A DNA stretch of 64,000 nucleotides. Source: Octopus sinensis. Lineage: Eukaryota. The notes under the pieces are model-generated. The model was not told where the DNA came from and searched no databases. It saw only the letters and a list, made by a program, of their open reading frames with translations. The translations under genes were made by a program, and so were the position numbers. Where the stretch lies: assembly GCF_006345805.1 (NCBI RefSeq), contig NC_043012.1, positions 14,570,001 to 14,634,000 on the forward strand, written 5' to 3'. Of this stretch, positions 1 through 13,612 are shown one piece after another (position 1 is the stretch's first letter; every line of letters begins with the position of its first letter).

Positions 1-2017
1 GCGTTGTTTGGGGTTTGATGTGAAGTTGTTTGATATTTCTCTTTTTTTTTTTTTTGTCCTTTCGTGGCCCTTCCTCATCAGCTGAGGTATGAGCGCAAAC
101 TTCGTCTCGAACGGGGACAAGGGCATGTTTTCTTGTGTATGTCCGTGTCTGTGTATGTAGGAGGGAGAATAATAAGGCTATAGAGGAGAGAGTATTGGGT
201 TGGGATGTCTCCTGTGTAATGCTTAGCGACATTTCGTCCCTCTTTTACACGAACGTTTTTGGCCTTAAGCCAGAATTTGAAAGCATTATTTTCCACCACC
301 TTAAGTCGTCGATTTGGCAGAATCGTTAGCCGCCGAACAAACAGCTGAGCAGTTTTTCGTCTGTCTTCATGTTCTGAGTTCAAATTCCGTGGAGTTTGAC
401 TTTGCCTTTCATCCTTTCGGGGTCAATGAAATAAATATCTATCAAATACTGGAATTGATGTATTCGACTTCCTTCTCCCTTCAAAAACTGCTGGCCCTGT
501 GCCAAAATTTGAAACCGTTATTTTCCACCAACTCGAAGAAATGCCGCGACTGAGACTCGTTGCTGTAAATTAGATGAAAGTGATTCTACAAACTAAATGA
601 AAGAACAAACGAAAGAAATCTTCAAAGTATTCTTTGACAGACTGACGACTGTTGACAATTTTAGCTGCTCAAAAATTTATGATTGTAAATACTTGCAGAA
701 AAGCCTGACAAGTTACCAGCTTAGAGAAATCATAATGTAAGCACAAAAGACATCTTGAATCTGTAATGGTTATTCGATCCACTACTATGTTCGCTTTAAC
801 CTGCTGTGTGACGGGTAGGTCCATCTGGCGTTAACTAATCCTCTCTACTCAATTAACTAGATCCAAATTTGAATTTGGATTTAATTAATTTGGATGCAGT
901 TAATCTCTAAGACGAGAGTGAAGTCTTATAGTTAGACTTGTAATTGAATTTGAATAGCAAGCAAAATTTGCCGGAAACTTCTAAAGTGTTGATATTCATA
1001 GAATTGATGACAAATCAAATTTTATATCTTAACACAATGTATAGAATCGAATCATACCAGAATATCTTTGAAAATGAATAAAACAAAAAAAAAAACAAAG
1101 TTTATTATATTATTCCACATTTTCCGAGAATTAAAAGAATAGTTGGTATCTGAAAATTGCAACATGCGTAAAACTATACTGTAAATACAGCAAAATTGAA
1201 AATCATATTATAAACCAGCTATGCTTTAAATAAATAAATAAATAAATAAATAACAATGCTTTATACTTTAAACCAAATTAGAAAATCAAATTCCAAAAGA
1301 GTCATAAAATCGATTCGCTCAGCTACACATGAAAATCAAAAATAGAAAGCAGTGACAATCCAGAAAAAGACATGACAATCAAACCATCAAAACAATGAAA
1401 TAACGATGTAGTTTGTATCGATTTCTTTAGTTTATTGATAGGAGAAAATGCATGATAATGCTCACAAAGAGAAAGTATAAATTATTAAATAAAAATACAA
1501 GTAAAACAGAGGTTTAAGACAACGAAATCTGATACAATTTTGATAAAATTACCTGCGTTCGGATTTAGGGTTCTTTTTTTTTCTGCATTGAATGTTATCA
1601 ACATGAGGGGTTTTTTTTTTTTTTAATATATTGATCAGATTAGTGCAGTGGAATGTTAAACAGGCTCGGGTCACGGATTAAATGCCTTCTAACATTTAAT
1701 GACTTCCTTTCGAGGTTGACATCCCGAGTACCGACGTCATTTTCATCGACCATGTCCTTCTTCACAATCTGTTACCGACCGATATGATTAGTAATCAATA
1801 TATTAATCAGATGAGGATGATAGAATCGAAGCCAGTGTTTTTTTTTCTGTATCTTCTCTTCAAACGTTCCCATTTGGCAAAATTGAAAGAATGCCAAAAA
1901 TACTTTCCTATATTTAATTACGATCTTCATTGTTATGAGGAAGTTAAATTCATGAAGACATTGAAATACTTTTTCCATTTTTTCATCCGTCTGGCATTTA
2001 AATATGAATGTATGTAT

Positions 2018-2334
2018 GTGATCACGTGATCACGTGACCGACAAATCTATCAGATGTTGCTACACATCGCTGGACACAATGCGCTTCGCATTGTTTTAGC
2101 CTTCAAATGACGCCACCCCTCTGGCTAAGCAAGCAGGCCAACCGAAGAAAGAGTGAGAGGAAGTTGCGGCGAAAGAGTACAGCAGGGATCGCCACCACCC
2201 CCCCCTACCGGAGCCTTGTGGAGCTTTAGATATTTTCGCTCAATAAACACACACAACGCCCGGTCTGGGAATCGAAACCGCGATCCTACGACCGCGAGTC
2301 CGCTGCCCTAACCACTGGGCCATTGCGCCTCCAC
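2018..2334 (-). mobile_element. tRNA-derived SINE family B, tail type 1
   Basis: Head GTGGAGGCGCAATGGCCCAGTGGTTAGG (A box) ... GGTTTCGATTCCC (B box). Body shared with the other three copies; ends in short GTGATCAC repeats. Confidence 0.85.
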
Positions 2335-2394
2335 ATGTGTGTATGTATGTATTTATATATGCATGTATGTGTTTATTTATGTATGTACATGCGT

Positions 2395-3348
2395 ATGCAT
2401 GACGTGGTTGTCGAAATTCGGCAGGGATGCGTATTGTCACCTCTCCTTTTCATATTTATTATTAACTGGATTGACATGCGCAACTGTAGTGGAAGCCGTA
2501 TCAATGGGTGATTTTGATTGATTTTGATTAATTTTGATTGATCATGAATGTTGAGTAATATTCGAAAGAAGGCGCGTGGCTCAGTGATTAGAGCGTCGAG
2601 CTTACGATCGTGAGGTTGTGAGCTCGAATACCGGACCGGGCTGCGTGTTGTGTTCTTGAGCAAGACGCTTTATTTCACGTTGCTCCAGTTCACTCAGCTG
2701 GCAAAAATGAGTTGCGACATCACGGGTGCCAAGCTGTATCGACCTTTGTCTTTCCCTTGGATAACACAGGTGGCGTGAAGAGGGGAGGCTGGTATGCATG
2801 GGCGACTGCTGGTCTTCCATAAAACAACCATTCCCAGACTTGTGCCTCAGAGAGTAACTCTCTAGGTGCAAGCCCATGGTCAGTATCTGACCGAAGGGGG
2901 TCAGAACAACAACAAAATCACAACATTCGAAAGAATACGAGCACGAAAGCCAGCAGCCGAAATGGTATGCCCAGGAGGATTTCTGGAGTAACATCACTCG
3001 ACAGGGTGCGTAGCTCGGAGACAAGCTAGTCTCTTTGTGTCCAGATGCTTCTTATTCATACTGAGAGGTCACAGATCCAGTGTGATGAACATGTGATTAG
3101 AGTGTCGCAGGTAAGAGACGCAACACGTATTCTCCAAGCTGAGCCAACCGGTAGAAGACTTAGGGGTGGACCAAAAATGAGTTGAGAGGATAATATTCAT
3201 AGATTAAGTTGGGAATTCAACGCTTGGGAATTCAACCGGAAAGTGTAATGACGGTTGCTTTGCTTATGATAGGACCCTATGGAGGCAGTACCAGAAGATC
3301 TACTCCCACAGCCCTTCCAAGAATAATGGGCGCAGGAAGTGGATGGAT

Positions 3349-3350
<2 letters not shown>
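2395..3350 (+). mobile_element. Degenerate RTE-clade (Expander/Rex3-like) LINE 3' part, interrupted by a SINE at about 2568-2905
   Basis: RT motif EIRQGCVLSPLLF at about 2410-2460. C-terminal AAEM...RRISGVTSLDRVRSS...LLIHTERSQ...PTGRRLRGGP...LGIQPE at about 2945-3250. Ends in a (GGAT)n tail. Confidence 0.8.
2568..2905 (+). mobile_element. tRNA-derived SINE family C (other copies at about 15515-15835 + and 44003-44342 -)
   Basis: A/B-box head followed by TGTGTTCTTGAGCAAGACGCTTTATTTCACGTTGCTCCAGT; three related copies in the window. Confidence 0.8.
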
Positions 3351-3400
<50 letters not shown>

Positions 3401-3461
3401 TTATATGCGTATGTATGTATATATGTATGTATGTATGGATGGATGGATGTTATGTATGTAT

Positions 3462-3608
3462 AGGCGCAGATGCGACTATGTGGCGATAAGTTTGTTTCCC
3501 AAACATGGTTTTGTGTTCGTCCCATTGCTGGCGTCTTGGGAAAGTGTCTTCACAATGGCCACGATCCGACCAAAATCTTCTCAGCATTGGTAGACGGAAA
3601 CTGGAAGA

Positions 3609-3643
<35 letters not shown>

Positions 3644-3648
3644 AGTGT

Positions 3649-3693
<45 letters not shown>

Positions 3694-3925
3694 TGTGAGT
3701 GTGTGTGTGTGTGTTTGGGCACGCGTGTCTCTGTGTGTGTTTTTCTGCTTGACAACCGGTGTTGGTTTGTTTATGTGCCCGTAAATTTGCGGTTCGGCAA
3801 AAGAACCGGTAGTATAAGAACCAGGCTTTAAAAGACTATGTGCCGGGGATCGATTCGTTCGACTAAAATATTTTGAGGGAGTGCCCCAGCGTGGCCGCAG
3901 TCTAATGACTGAAACAAGTAGAAGA
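3462..3925 (+). mobile_element. SINE family D with internal microsatellite (other copies at about 22555-23030 -, 37740-38285 -, 50545-50985 +, 57450-57780 +, 63570-63970 -, plus fragments)
   Basis: Head AGGCGCAGGAGTGGCTGTGTGG...GGTTCAGTCCC, body GGATTTGGTAGACGGAAACTGAAAGAAG, (TA)n/(TG)n centre, tail CAGCATGGCCGCAGTCTAATGACTGAAACAAGTAAAA. Confidence 0.85.
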
Positions 3926-3997
3926 AACTTATACACCCGCGCGCACGCATACACACATGTATACATATGTGTGTGTGTGCGCATGTATGCATGCATT

Positions 3998-4053
<56 letters not shown>

Positions 4054-4292
4054 GACGAATAGTCTGGCGAAACCGCGGTATGATTTAATCTCTTTAATAA
4101 TCTCATAATAATGACTTTTATGAGGTTTATTACTTTTATTACTACCTCAGTTCATCTAAATGTATATATCTGTCGTTACCTTTCATAAAAAACTTTTTCT
4201 TTTTTATTTACAATGTGCATTTTCGTTGATTTTTCTTACTTTCCCCTTACATTACCACGTGTAGTTTCTATTTTATTTTTGTAACATATTTC

Positions 4293-4379
<87 letters not shown>

Positions 4380-5074
4380 CATTACATTAGGAGATGCTTC
4401 TCAATGGAATCTAACCTTGGACTACGTCGAGATAAAATCCTTCTTTACTTCGGAACCATCTCTGCAACTATGTTTATTGTGGGGTGAAGTGGGAGTGAGT
4501 GTTTGTTTCGGTTTGTGTGTGAGAGAACGGGTGGGTGTGCTTGTGTAGGATGGGTGTACAAAGCACCACGCGAGAGATGCGAAATCTCCATTAAATGCAT
4601 TAACTTTTTAAAGAATTTCAAACGCCATTATATTTAGTCTTTGTAAACGGCCAACAATCTTTAATGAAGCTTTGTGTGAGCAGCGTAAGAGTTGACGTCA
4701 TGCCGTTTGCTATGAGCAGCACAGCCGGATAGAATCCATTGTAGCTGTCTACGATTGGAAAACGTCGGAAACAGAAGTCAATGAACGAATTTCGCCTACC
4801 TGACCGAGTATGCTTAAGTCTTGGCACCACACAATGGTATTATAACGAAAATTATTCAACAGCAATAGTATCACTGGTTATATATGGGATTCTGACAAAG
4901 TTAAATGAAACGATGCTATCAGGCTCTTTTTCTTAACTTATATTGCAATTCTAAAGGACAAAAATTATGTATTATATGGAACTGTGTAGATATGTCTAAC
5001 ATCCATTATCCGAATAATGCATTGGAGAAAATTTCCTCGTTCGATGAACTCCGAATACCCTGTTAATATAGGTG

Positions 5075-5125
5075 GGTTTTTGCCAACTCTCACCTATGGT
5101 CATGAATGCTGGGCTGTGATTGTTT
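5075..5125 (+). mobile_element. Tiny RTE-type LINE fragment
   Basis: Translates to LPTLTYGHECW, resembling the PTLTYGHExW motif of Expander-like RTE ORFs. Confidence 0.45.
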
Positions 5126-6087
5126 ATCTTCGAAAACCCAGTATTATTTCCGATTTGTACCCCATTGTGAGGGTAGACAGAAAAGAAATCATACTCGTAT
5201 TGCAGAGCAGAAATACTTACTCTCACAAGTGTGGGCTCTCTGTTCAGAGAAGAGGGAGAAGAGGAGAAAATCAGACAGTGGACAACGGCAAAGTCATTAA
5301 CGGAAATCGCTGATACTAATGCACCATCGGTCACAACTTCGAGGACAGCAAAAACAAATTAGCCCTGAGTAGCAAGAACAACTACAGAAAGCATAGAGTA
5401 GCCGAAGAATCTCTTCTCCCTGCACAAAGCAGGCCAGAGTCCATGACCAGAAGTTTCATTTCATCGTTACAAGATGCTGAACAGGAATTGCTGACTAGAA
5501 ATGCGTGGAAAATTATCGAACACAATATAAAAATAAGTTGCATAAAGGAAGAACGACCCCAGACCAGCTACAAGTAAAACGCACGAAGAGAAACCAACTT
5601 CCATAGAATGGATGCTTTCTCTTTGTGTTCAGCTTTAAGACATTCAAGGAAATGTCAATTTCCTCGACTGGTAGAAAATGGGTTAGTTAATATACTTATT
5701 AAGGGCCAGTTGTGTAGGGTAGGCAACAAGTGGTTCTAGATGATGGAATTTTACTGAAAATCTCTGATAAAGGTCCCAAATGATATAAATGGGAGCAAAG
5801 GTACTCACGGACACTTTCAGAAGCACCAGTTTCTGTTATCAGAAGCGGGAGGTTGACACAGTACAGGGCACCCCGATATAAACTAAATGGCGATTTCCTA
5901 TTCATGTGTGAAAATGTTGCCCTTATTTTTATTTATCTATTTTGTGTAACTTGTGTAATTGTTTGTTTTATTATTATTTTTAATGCCTTAATACATTGTT
6001 TTTACCCAACATTATATATATACGCAAAAAAATAACACAAACACACATATATATTTATTAACACATACACATATACTCATATATATA

Positions 6088-6321
6088 CAATAACCCTTCG
6101 CCATATCGCGGTTCATGTATCTCGGTTCGCTTATCACGTTTTATTATTTAAGCTTACGTCGATTCCTCCGTGATATTATTTTGCATTTATAATAAAATAA
6201 ATATATACAAATTATAAAAATAATTTTAAAATATATACAGTACTGTTTCTACTTCACGGATTTTCACCTATCGCGGAGGGGTTTTTGGAACGTAACACGC
6301 GCGATAGTCGAGGGAATACTG
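6088..6321. mobile_element. Pogo/Tigger-like MITE
   Basis: Imperfect TIRs CA(G/A)TA..CCCTCG.C.ATATCGCG with TA on both sides. Confidence 0.6.
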
Positions 6322-6355
6322 TATTATATATATAGATATATATATATAGATATAT

Positions 6356-6438
<83 letters not shown>

Positions 6439-6461
6439 ATATATATACACACATATATATA

Positions 6462-6504
<43 letters not shown>

Positions 6505-6669
6505 GATATATATGTATATATATATAATGCATGTATATATATATACATATATATAATATACATATATATAGATGATATATATATATACATGCATATATAT
6601 ATATATACATATATATATATACACATATATATATATATACATATATATATACATATATATATATATACA

Positions 6670-6723
<54 letters not shown>

Positions 6724-6810
6724 ACATGCATATATATTATGTATATATACATATATATATATATATACATGCATTTATATATATATGTACACACATATAC
6801 ATATATATTC
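6322..6810. repeat. Long interrupted (TA)n tract (similar tracts at 30515-30730, 57105-57450 and 57790-57860; (GATA)n at 10105-10190, 33550-33640 and 46775-46890)
   Basis: Read directly from the sequence. Confidence 0.95.
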
Positions 6811-6924
6811 TCGTATTTCCATCTTCCCTCTTCCATTTGCCATATACATAACGATGACTGTGAAAGCGACCATACTTTACCAGTAAGGTACCAGGTGTAA
6901 ACCATTCGTTCTATTATCCATTAT

Positions 6925-6957
<33 letters not shown>

Positions 6958-6960
<3 letters not shown>

Positions 6961-7273
6961 CGATAAACGTCGCCCTTTTCAAGCCTAGTCAGGCCCATGG
7001 GCCCGGTTTCTCGGTTTCTGTTGTGTATGTGTTCTCCCCAGCTGGACGGGACGCCAGTCCATCGCAGCGTTACTCAAGAAACAGGAAAAGAGAGTGAGAG
7101 AAAGTTGTGGCGAAAGAGTACAACAGGGGTCGCCACAACCCCCTGTCGGAGCCTCGTGAAGCCTTTAGGTGTTTTCGCTCAATAAACACACACAACGCCC
7201 GGTGTGGGAATCGAAACCGCGATCCTCCGACCGCGAGTCCGCTGCCCTAACCACTGGGCTATTGCGCCTCCAC
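6958..7273 (-). mobile_element. SINE family B, tail type 2
   Basis: Same head and body as 2018-2334, with a different 3' segment. Confidence 0.85.
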
Positions 7274-8275
7274 TATATATATATATATATCCATGTGTGT
7301 GTTTGTGTGTATTTGCGTATGTGTGTGTGTTTGTGTGTATTTGCGTATGTGTGTGTGTGCATGCATGCGTGCGTGCATGCATGTATGAGCGTCTTATGTA
7401 TTTGTATGTATATATGTATAACTCGTCGCTGCAAAGCTTTTTAATGACACTTTTCGTACGAATGGACAATGCAAGAGCCCTTGAGGCAAATGAACTAAAA
7501 ACATATTATCACGGCAATGTATTTTTCTCTCTCTCGTGTGGGAATAACAGTGAGTTATTAAAAGTAGACATTTGATAATTATTTTCTCTACCGTTCTAAG
7601 ATCTTTCAGTTTTCAAAAGATTTTACTTCTGAAAGTATTTTTCCCAGACATTCTTCCTTTCATCTTCTGGTGTTATGTTGTTTTTTTTCCCTTCTTTTCT
7701 TCATTATTTACTTGTCTTTGTTGTTATCGCTTTTGTTTTGTCGTTGCCGTATTCGTCTTTTTATTTGTCTTTGATCAATTTACCATTTATTTATTTTCTA
7801 TCTTCTTAAAAAAAATTATTTGAAAATTATAACAGAAATCTTATAAGAACGTGCAAATATCTATTTACATTTGTCTTTTTGTGGTGTTTTTGGCATATTT
7901 TGCTGTCTCTTTTTACTGCTATGCTTTAATTTGTTTTTTGTTGTTGTTTTTTTTTTCATTGTATTAAATTGGTAAACGAATTCCATACCAAATGAGAATA
8001 ATTTTGAAGTACTTATCCAATCTGTTATCATTTATCTTCAGCACACATTGGCACCGTGTTTCCTTTCTCTGTCACATATTTCAGATATGTTTCGAGGCGA
8101 ATTAGTAAAGAATCTTCAATGCAGTCGTTCGTCTTGAACAGATAGCAATCAAATATTCCTCAGATCACGCTTTAATACCTTAAAAGGGGCGATAACATTG
8201 AACATCTTTGGTCATAGAACTGTCGGTCAATGATTACCTGAAGCTCAGCAACAACAACAACAGCAACAACAACAA

Positions 8276-8793
8276 GTGGAGGCGCAATGGCCCAGTGGTT
8301 AGGGCAGCGGACTCGCGGTCGTAAGAACGCGGTTTCGATTCCCAGACCGGGCATTGTGTGTGTTTATTGAGCAAAAACACCTAAGCTCCACGATGCTCCG
8401 GCGGGGTGGGGTGATGGTGAACCCCGCTATACTCTTTCACCACAACTTTCTCTCACTCTTTCTTCCTACTTCTGCCGCAAAGCAGAGGAACCATGGTGTA
8501 AGCCACTATGGTGTGGTAGACTTTCAGAGCCTAGTCTAGATTGCGAATCCTCTGTACCCCAGGATGGTTCAGCTCTCCACCCGTTAAAAGCCACCGTTTA
8601 CGGAAAGAGGATAACAACGTAGCTTTCGCGTCCGTGCAACCGCCAGTCTATCGCGTGTGATGGGTGGATCTTCAAGTTGCCACACGCACTCTTAGTAGCT
8701 TAGAGTAGGCTCGAATTAGAGATTATTCTTTGTGGCTGATGGCGTGAGTCCTGATCCTGATTGGAAGAAGAAGAAGAAGAAGAAGAAGAAGAA

Positions 8794-8853
<60 letters not shown>
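8276..8853 (+). mobile_element. SINE family B, tail type 3 with (AAG)n/(AAAG)n end
   Basis: Same head and body plus a long 3' tail; near-identical to 11028-11594 in the opposite orientation. Confidence 0.88.
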
Positions 8854-8854
<1 letters not shown>

Positions 8855-10106
8855 ACAACAGCAACAATGCGCTAGGAGAGCAATGCTACATCAAATCTAA
8901 ACATAGGCTTCCCAACCACATGGTTCCGGGTTTAGTCCCACAGCGTGGTGACTGTCTTCTACAGTAGCTTCGCACCGACTAAAACCTTGTGTCGTTAGCG
9001 AGTCGGATAAAATGCTTACGGCATTTCTTGTGGATCTTTACTCTCTGAGTTCAAATTCTGCCGCAGTCGACCTTGTCTTTCATCCTTTAAACGTAAATAA
9101 AATTAGTAACAACTATGCACTGGGGTTGACGAAATCGACTCATCCCTCCCCTCAAACTGCTGATCTTGTACCACATGCATAGCGATATATCGTCCATCTT
9201 CAGACTTTGCCTTTCATCCTTTCGGGATCGATAAAATAAGTACCAGTTGATCAGTGGGGTCGATGTAATCGTCAAATCCCTTCCCTAAAACTTGCTAGCC
9301 TTGTACCAAAATTTCAAATCAATAATTTTACACACATAGAGACAGTCTAGTGAAAAGCCTGAATTCGAACCCACTGCCATGAATGAGGGTGTCTCGCATT
9401 TAAATTTTTGACAACGTCCCTCAAATTACATAGAACTATTTCTATATTGCCCACAAGGGGATAAAGATAGAGGGGACAAACAAGGACAGACAAAAGGATT
9501 AAGTCGATTACATCAACCCTAGTGCGTAACTGGTACTTATTTAATCGACCCCGAAAAGATGAAAGGCAAAGTCGACCTCGGTGGAATTTGAACTCAGAAC
9601 GTAACGGCAGACGAAATACGGCTACGCATTTCGCCCGGCGTGCTAACGTTTCTGCCAGCTCGCCAAAGAGATTATAACTCTCTTTATGGGTTTGCATTCG
9701 CCCTCTTTTAGAAGACATGATTCTTACCCAAGTGAATGCCTGTGTGAGCAAGAATCGCTTTAAATTCAATAAACAGTCTGGGAAATTGAAGAAAGCTAAT
9801 TTAGCACAGAATCTCAAATTGTAGTAATTATTTCTCTTTCTTCTTCAGACTCCAATACTGCATAAAGTTAGTAATGATTTCAGTATCCCAACACAGGAGG
9901 AGACATTTAAAACATTCTCTCCTTTCTAAACACTAATCACATGAAAATATCAATTACGAGTCAACGAGGTGGTCTCTACACAGTTGCTCGTTCGGCTAGA
10001 AATAACAAGCAAATCTCATCAAATCATACCTTATCGGCTTAAAAATAGAAGAGATATATTTGGATAATGTAGTCAGATAAACAGACAGGCAGACAGGCAG
10101 GCTGAC

Positions 10107-10192
<86 letters not shown>

Positions 10193-11027
10193 GTAGAATG
10201 GCTACGGCTGGAATGCCATTAGCCATAAATCTGCTCAATCTGATGTTTTGACGATAAACAAATGATATCAATTAAATTCATCGTTATTAAATGGTAGAAA
10301 GCAAGAACAAACATGTTCTGGAAACTAAGGTTTGAACTGGCATTTACATTTGTTAACAAACATCTCCGAAAGGTCAAGGGTAGCTTAACATTAAAAATCC
10401 TGATGAAAATGTTATTCAATGCTGGAATGCTAGCTACCTTTTACTTTAATACGGATCACATGAAAGACAACAAACAACTCTCAGTGATTTGTGGAAAGAA
10501 GAAAAATCAATAAGTTCACTAGAAAGAAATCCATCATTAGGTTAAAAGTCAACATTGTTTAATGCTGCCATGGAGATAGAAAGTAGAATGAAAATGTAAA
10601 ACTATCGACTTCAGAAATCTATAATAACTTCAGTTCTAGTGAATGGTTTACTGGTGAACTATTAACTTTCCTTATTCATCTTGATCGAGTCTTCTGATTT
10701 GGTTGTAAAGTATATTCGACAAGTTATTGTACAGATCCATAAACCGTTTATAGGGAAAACAAATTATTTGTCAAGATATTTCAGATGAAATGGTTGGCTA
10801 CTTGTAGAGTAACAAGTATGCTTCTTGCAAACTGCGAGCACGATACAATTTCAATCCGCACACTCTTAAAGGCATTTCAAAATATTTATGTCACTGGTGT
10901 TATTGGAAAAGCATTATAAACACTACATTCATCTTGCCTTCAAATAAAGAGCAATTATACCTTTTCAATATGAAATTGAAACTTCAGTTGAACTTTGCTT
11001 TTTAGTATTATCATTGTTGGTGTTGTT

Positions 11028-11594
11028 TTCTTCTTCTTCTTCTTCTTCTTCTTCTTCTTCTTCTTCTTCTTCTTCTTCTTCTTCTTCTTCTTTTTCTTCT
11101 TCTCTTCTTCTTCCAATTAGGACTCACGCCATTTGCCACAAAGAATAGTCTCTAATTCGAGCCTACTCTAAGCTACTAAGAGTGCGTGTGGCAACTTGAA
11201 GATCCACCCACCACACGCGATAGACTGGCGGTTGCACGGACGCGAAAGCTACGTTGCTATCCTCTTTCCGTAAACGGTGGCTTTTAACGGGTGGAGAGCT
11301 GAACCATCCTGGGGTACAGAGGATTCGCAATCTAGACTAGTGTCTGAAAGTTTACCACACCATAGTGGGTTACACCATGGTTCCTCTGCTTTGTGGGAGA
11401 AGTAGGAAGAAAGAATGAGAGAAGGTTGTGGTGAAAAGATACAGCGGGGTTCACCATCCCCCCCACCGCCGGAGCATCGTAGAGCTTAGGTGTTTTTGCT
11501 CAATAAACACACACAATGCCCGGTCTGGGAATCGAAACCGCGTTCTTACGACCGCGAGTCCGCTACCCTAACCAGTAGACCATTGCGCCTCCAC
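11028..11594 (-). mobile_element. SINE family B, tail type 3
   Basis: Reverse-complement match to 8276-8800. Confidence 0.88.
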
Positions 11595-12137
11595 ACTGCT
11601 GCTGCTGCTGTGGTTGCTACTGCTGTTTTTGTTGTTGTTTTCGTTGTCATTATTGTTGTTCTTGGTGTTTTCGTTGTTGCTGTCGTTGTTGCTCTTTTTG
11701 TTTGAGCGGCGAGGGGCTGGCAGAATCGTTAGCACGCCGGGCGAAGTGCTTAGCGGTATTTCGTCTGCCGTTACGTTCTGAGTTCAAATTCTGCCGAGGT
11801 CGACTTTGCCTTTCATCCTTTCGGGGTCGATAAATTAAGTACCACTTACGCCTTGGTGTCGATGTAATCGACTTAATCCTTTTGTCTGTCCTTGTTTGTC
11901 TTCACTGCGTTTAGCCCCTTGTGGGTAGTAAAGAAATAGGTATTTCGTCTGTCTCTACGTTCTGGGTTCAAATTCCGCGAAGGTCAACTTTGCCTTTTAT
12001 CCTTATGGGGTCGATAAATTAAGAACCAGTTGAATACAAGGTTCAATGTAATTTACTACTCTGCTCTCCAATATTTCAGGTCTTTCGCCTATAGTAGATA
12101 GAATTATTACTGTTGTTGATATTGTTGTTGCTGCTAC

Positions 12138-12183
<46 letters not shown>

Positions 12184-13502
12184 CAATCGATTCGAATACT
12201 TGAAATTCCATGATGAGATCCCTTCATTAACGAACAGGCAGCCAGCCAGGTTTGTTGCTTTCGAGAATGGGAAAGTAAGAAATGCTGAGCGCCACCTCTG
12301 AGTGTCACACTCAAAATAAGGTTCCAACACAATTAGCTAACGGTCACAGGCCTAAGTTACAATGCTGCCAACTGCGTGCCCCAGGATGCGATGTTTATTT
12401 GGTTGTATTTAATCAGAAAGGGCTGAACAGAGCACTTTGAGAGTTTGGTGCTGCCTTTGTCATATAAGCAATAATTTCGCATGCATATAGTCATAGACGC
12501 TTAGATACATACGCACACGTGTGTATGTGTGTGTGTGTGTGTGCGTGTGTGTATGTGTGTGTGCACGTGCGTGTGCATGTGTGTGTGTGTGTGTGTTTGT
12601 GTGCGCGTGCGTGTGCGTGTGTGTGTGTGTTTTTGAGAATAATAGATCGCTAAGCACACAAATAATGTTTTGAACTATAGCATATAAATATTGGATGGAA
12701 AAATTCCTTTTTTATAGAAAAAAATCGGCGACTATTATCAATAATAGTTTTGTTTGTGTAGTTTGAGATCCACAATTCCAAAAACAGAAGAAAAAAAAAA
12801 CAATAAATCATGTTCTTACAAATGTTTATAGAACTTTTATGATGACAACGATATATCTGTTTGTGTGTGCATGTGGATGTATATGTGTGTATGTGTGTGT
12901 GTGTGTGTGTGTGTATACACCAATTCTACACTCTCAAATTCTCTTCTTGTCTCCATTTTATGGAATATCTTCTTTTCTTTCTTTTACCTTTTTTATCTTT
13001 CTCTTTTTAAAACGACCGCAAAAAAACAGAAATTTCAGTGTATTTCTTTTAATGCTTAAAGAACGTTGATACATTCGCTTTCATGGTCTTGGCATAAATT
13101 ACTTAGAAGATTTCAAATAATGTACTTGGCAAGACATGTGCATATATATATATATATATACTATATATATATATATATATATAATTATATTGCTCTTTTT
13201 TCTTTCGAAAAATTTAAGAACTGCATCGAAATGCTCAGGATGCTAAATAGTAAATAATATAATTTAATGAAGAAACAAAAATTGGATAATTATCTTTTAT
13301 TTATCACATACATTAATACGATAAATACATTAAGACATTCAGAACATATTAAAAGTATTATTTAAGAATATAAGAGAAATAAGAGATATATGAAATAAGA
13401 ATATACATGAAAATATAAGCAAGAAATAATTCGATATGTGCAGTGATATAGCGAATATAAGAAAGCTTGATTAAAAATTAAAAACTAAAAGTTACACTGA
13501 CA

Positions 13503-13612
13503 ATTTCTTTATTGGAATAATGTGCTACGCTTACTGCACCTAGGTTTCCCAAGCGGTCACCCATCTAAGTACTGACTAGGCTCGACGTTGCTTAACTTCG
13601 GTGATCAGATCG
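13503..13612 (-). pseudogene. 5'-truncated 5S rRNA retrocopy with 26-nt tail and 14-bp TSD
   Basis: Minus strand GATCACCGAAGTTAAGCAACGTCGAGCCTAGTCAGTACTTAGATGGGTGACCGCTTGGGAA... is the 3' two-thirds of 5S rRNA. TSD AAGTTACACTGACA at 13489-13502 and 13613-13626. Confidence 0.88.

Noticed and set aside
2568-2640. tRNA genes at SINE heads
   Set aside because: They have A/B boxes but no complete cloverleaf and run straight into SINE bodies.
5340-5905. Possible decayed transposase or exon
   Set aside because: No motif I could identify with confidence in any frame.
13529-13612. Functional 5S rRNA gene
   Set aside because: The 5' third is missing, there is no terminator, and it is flanked by a TSD.
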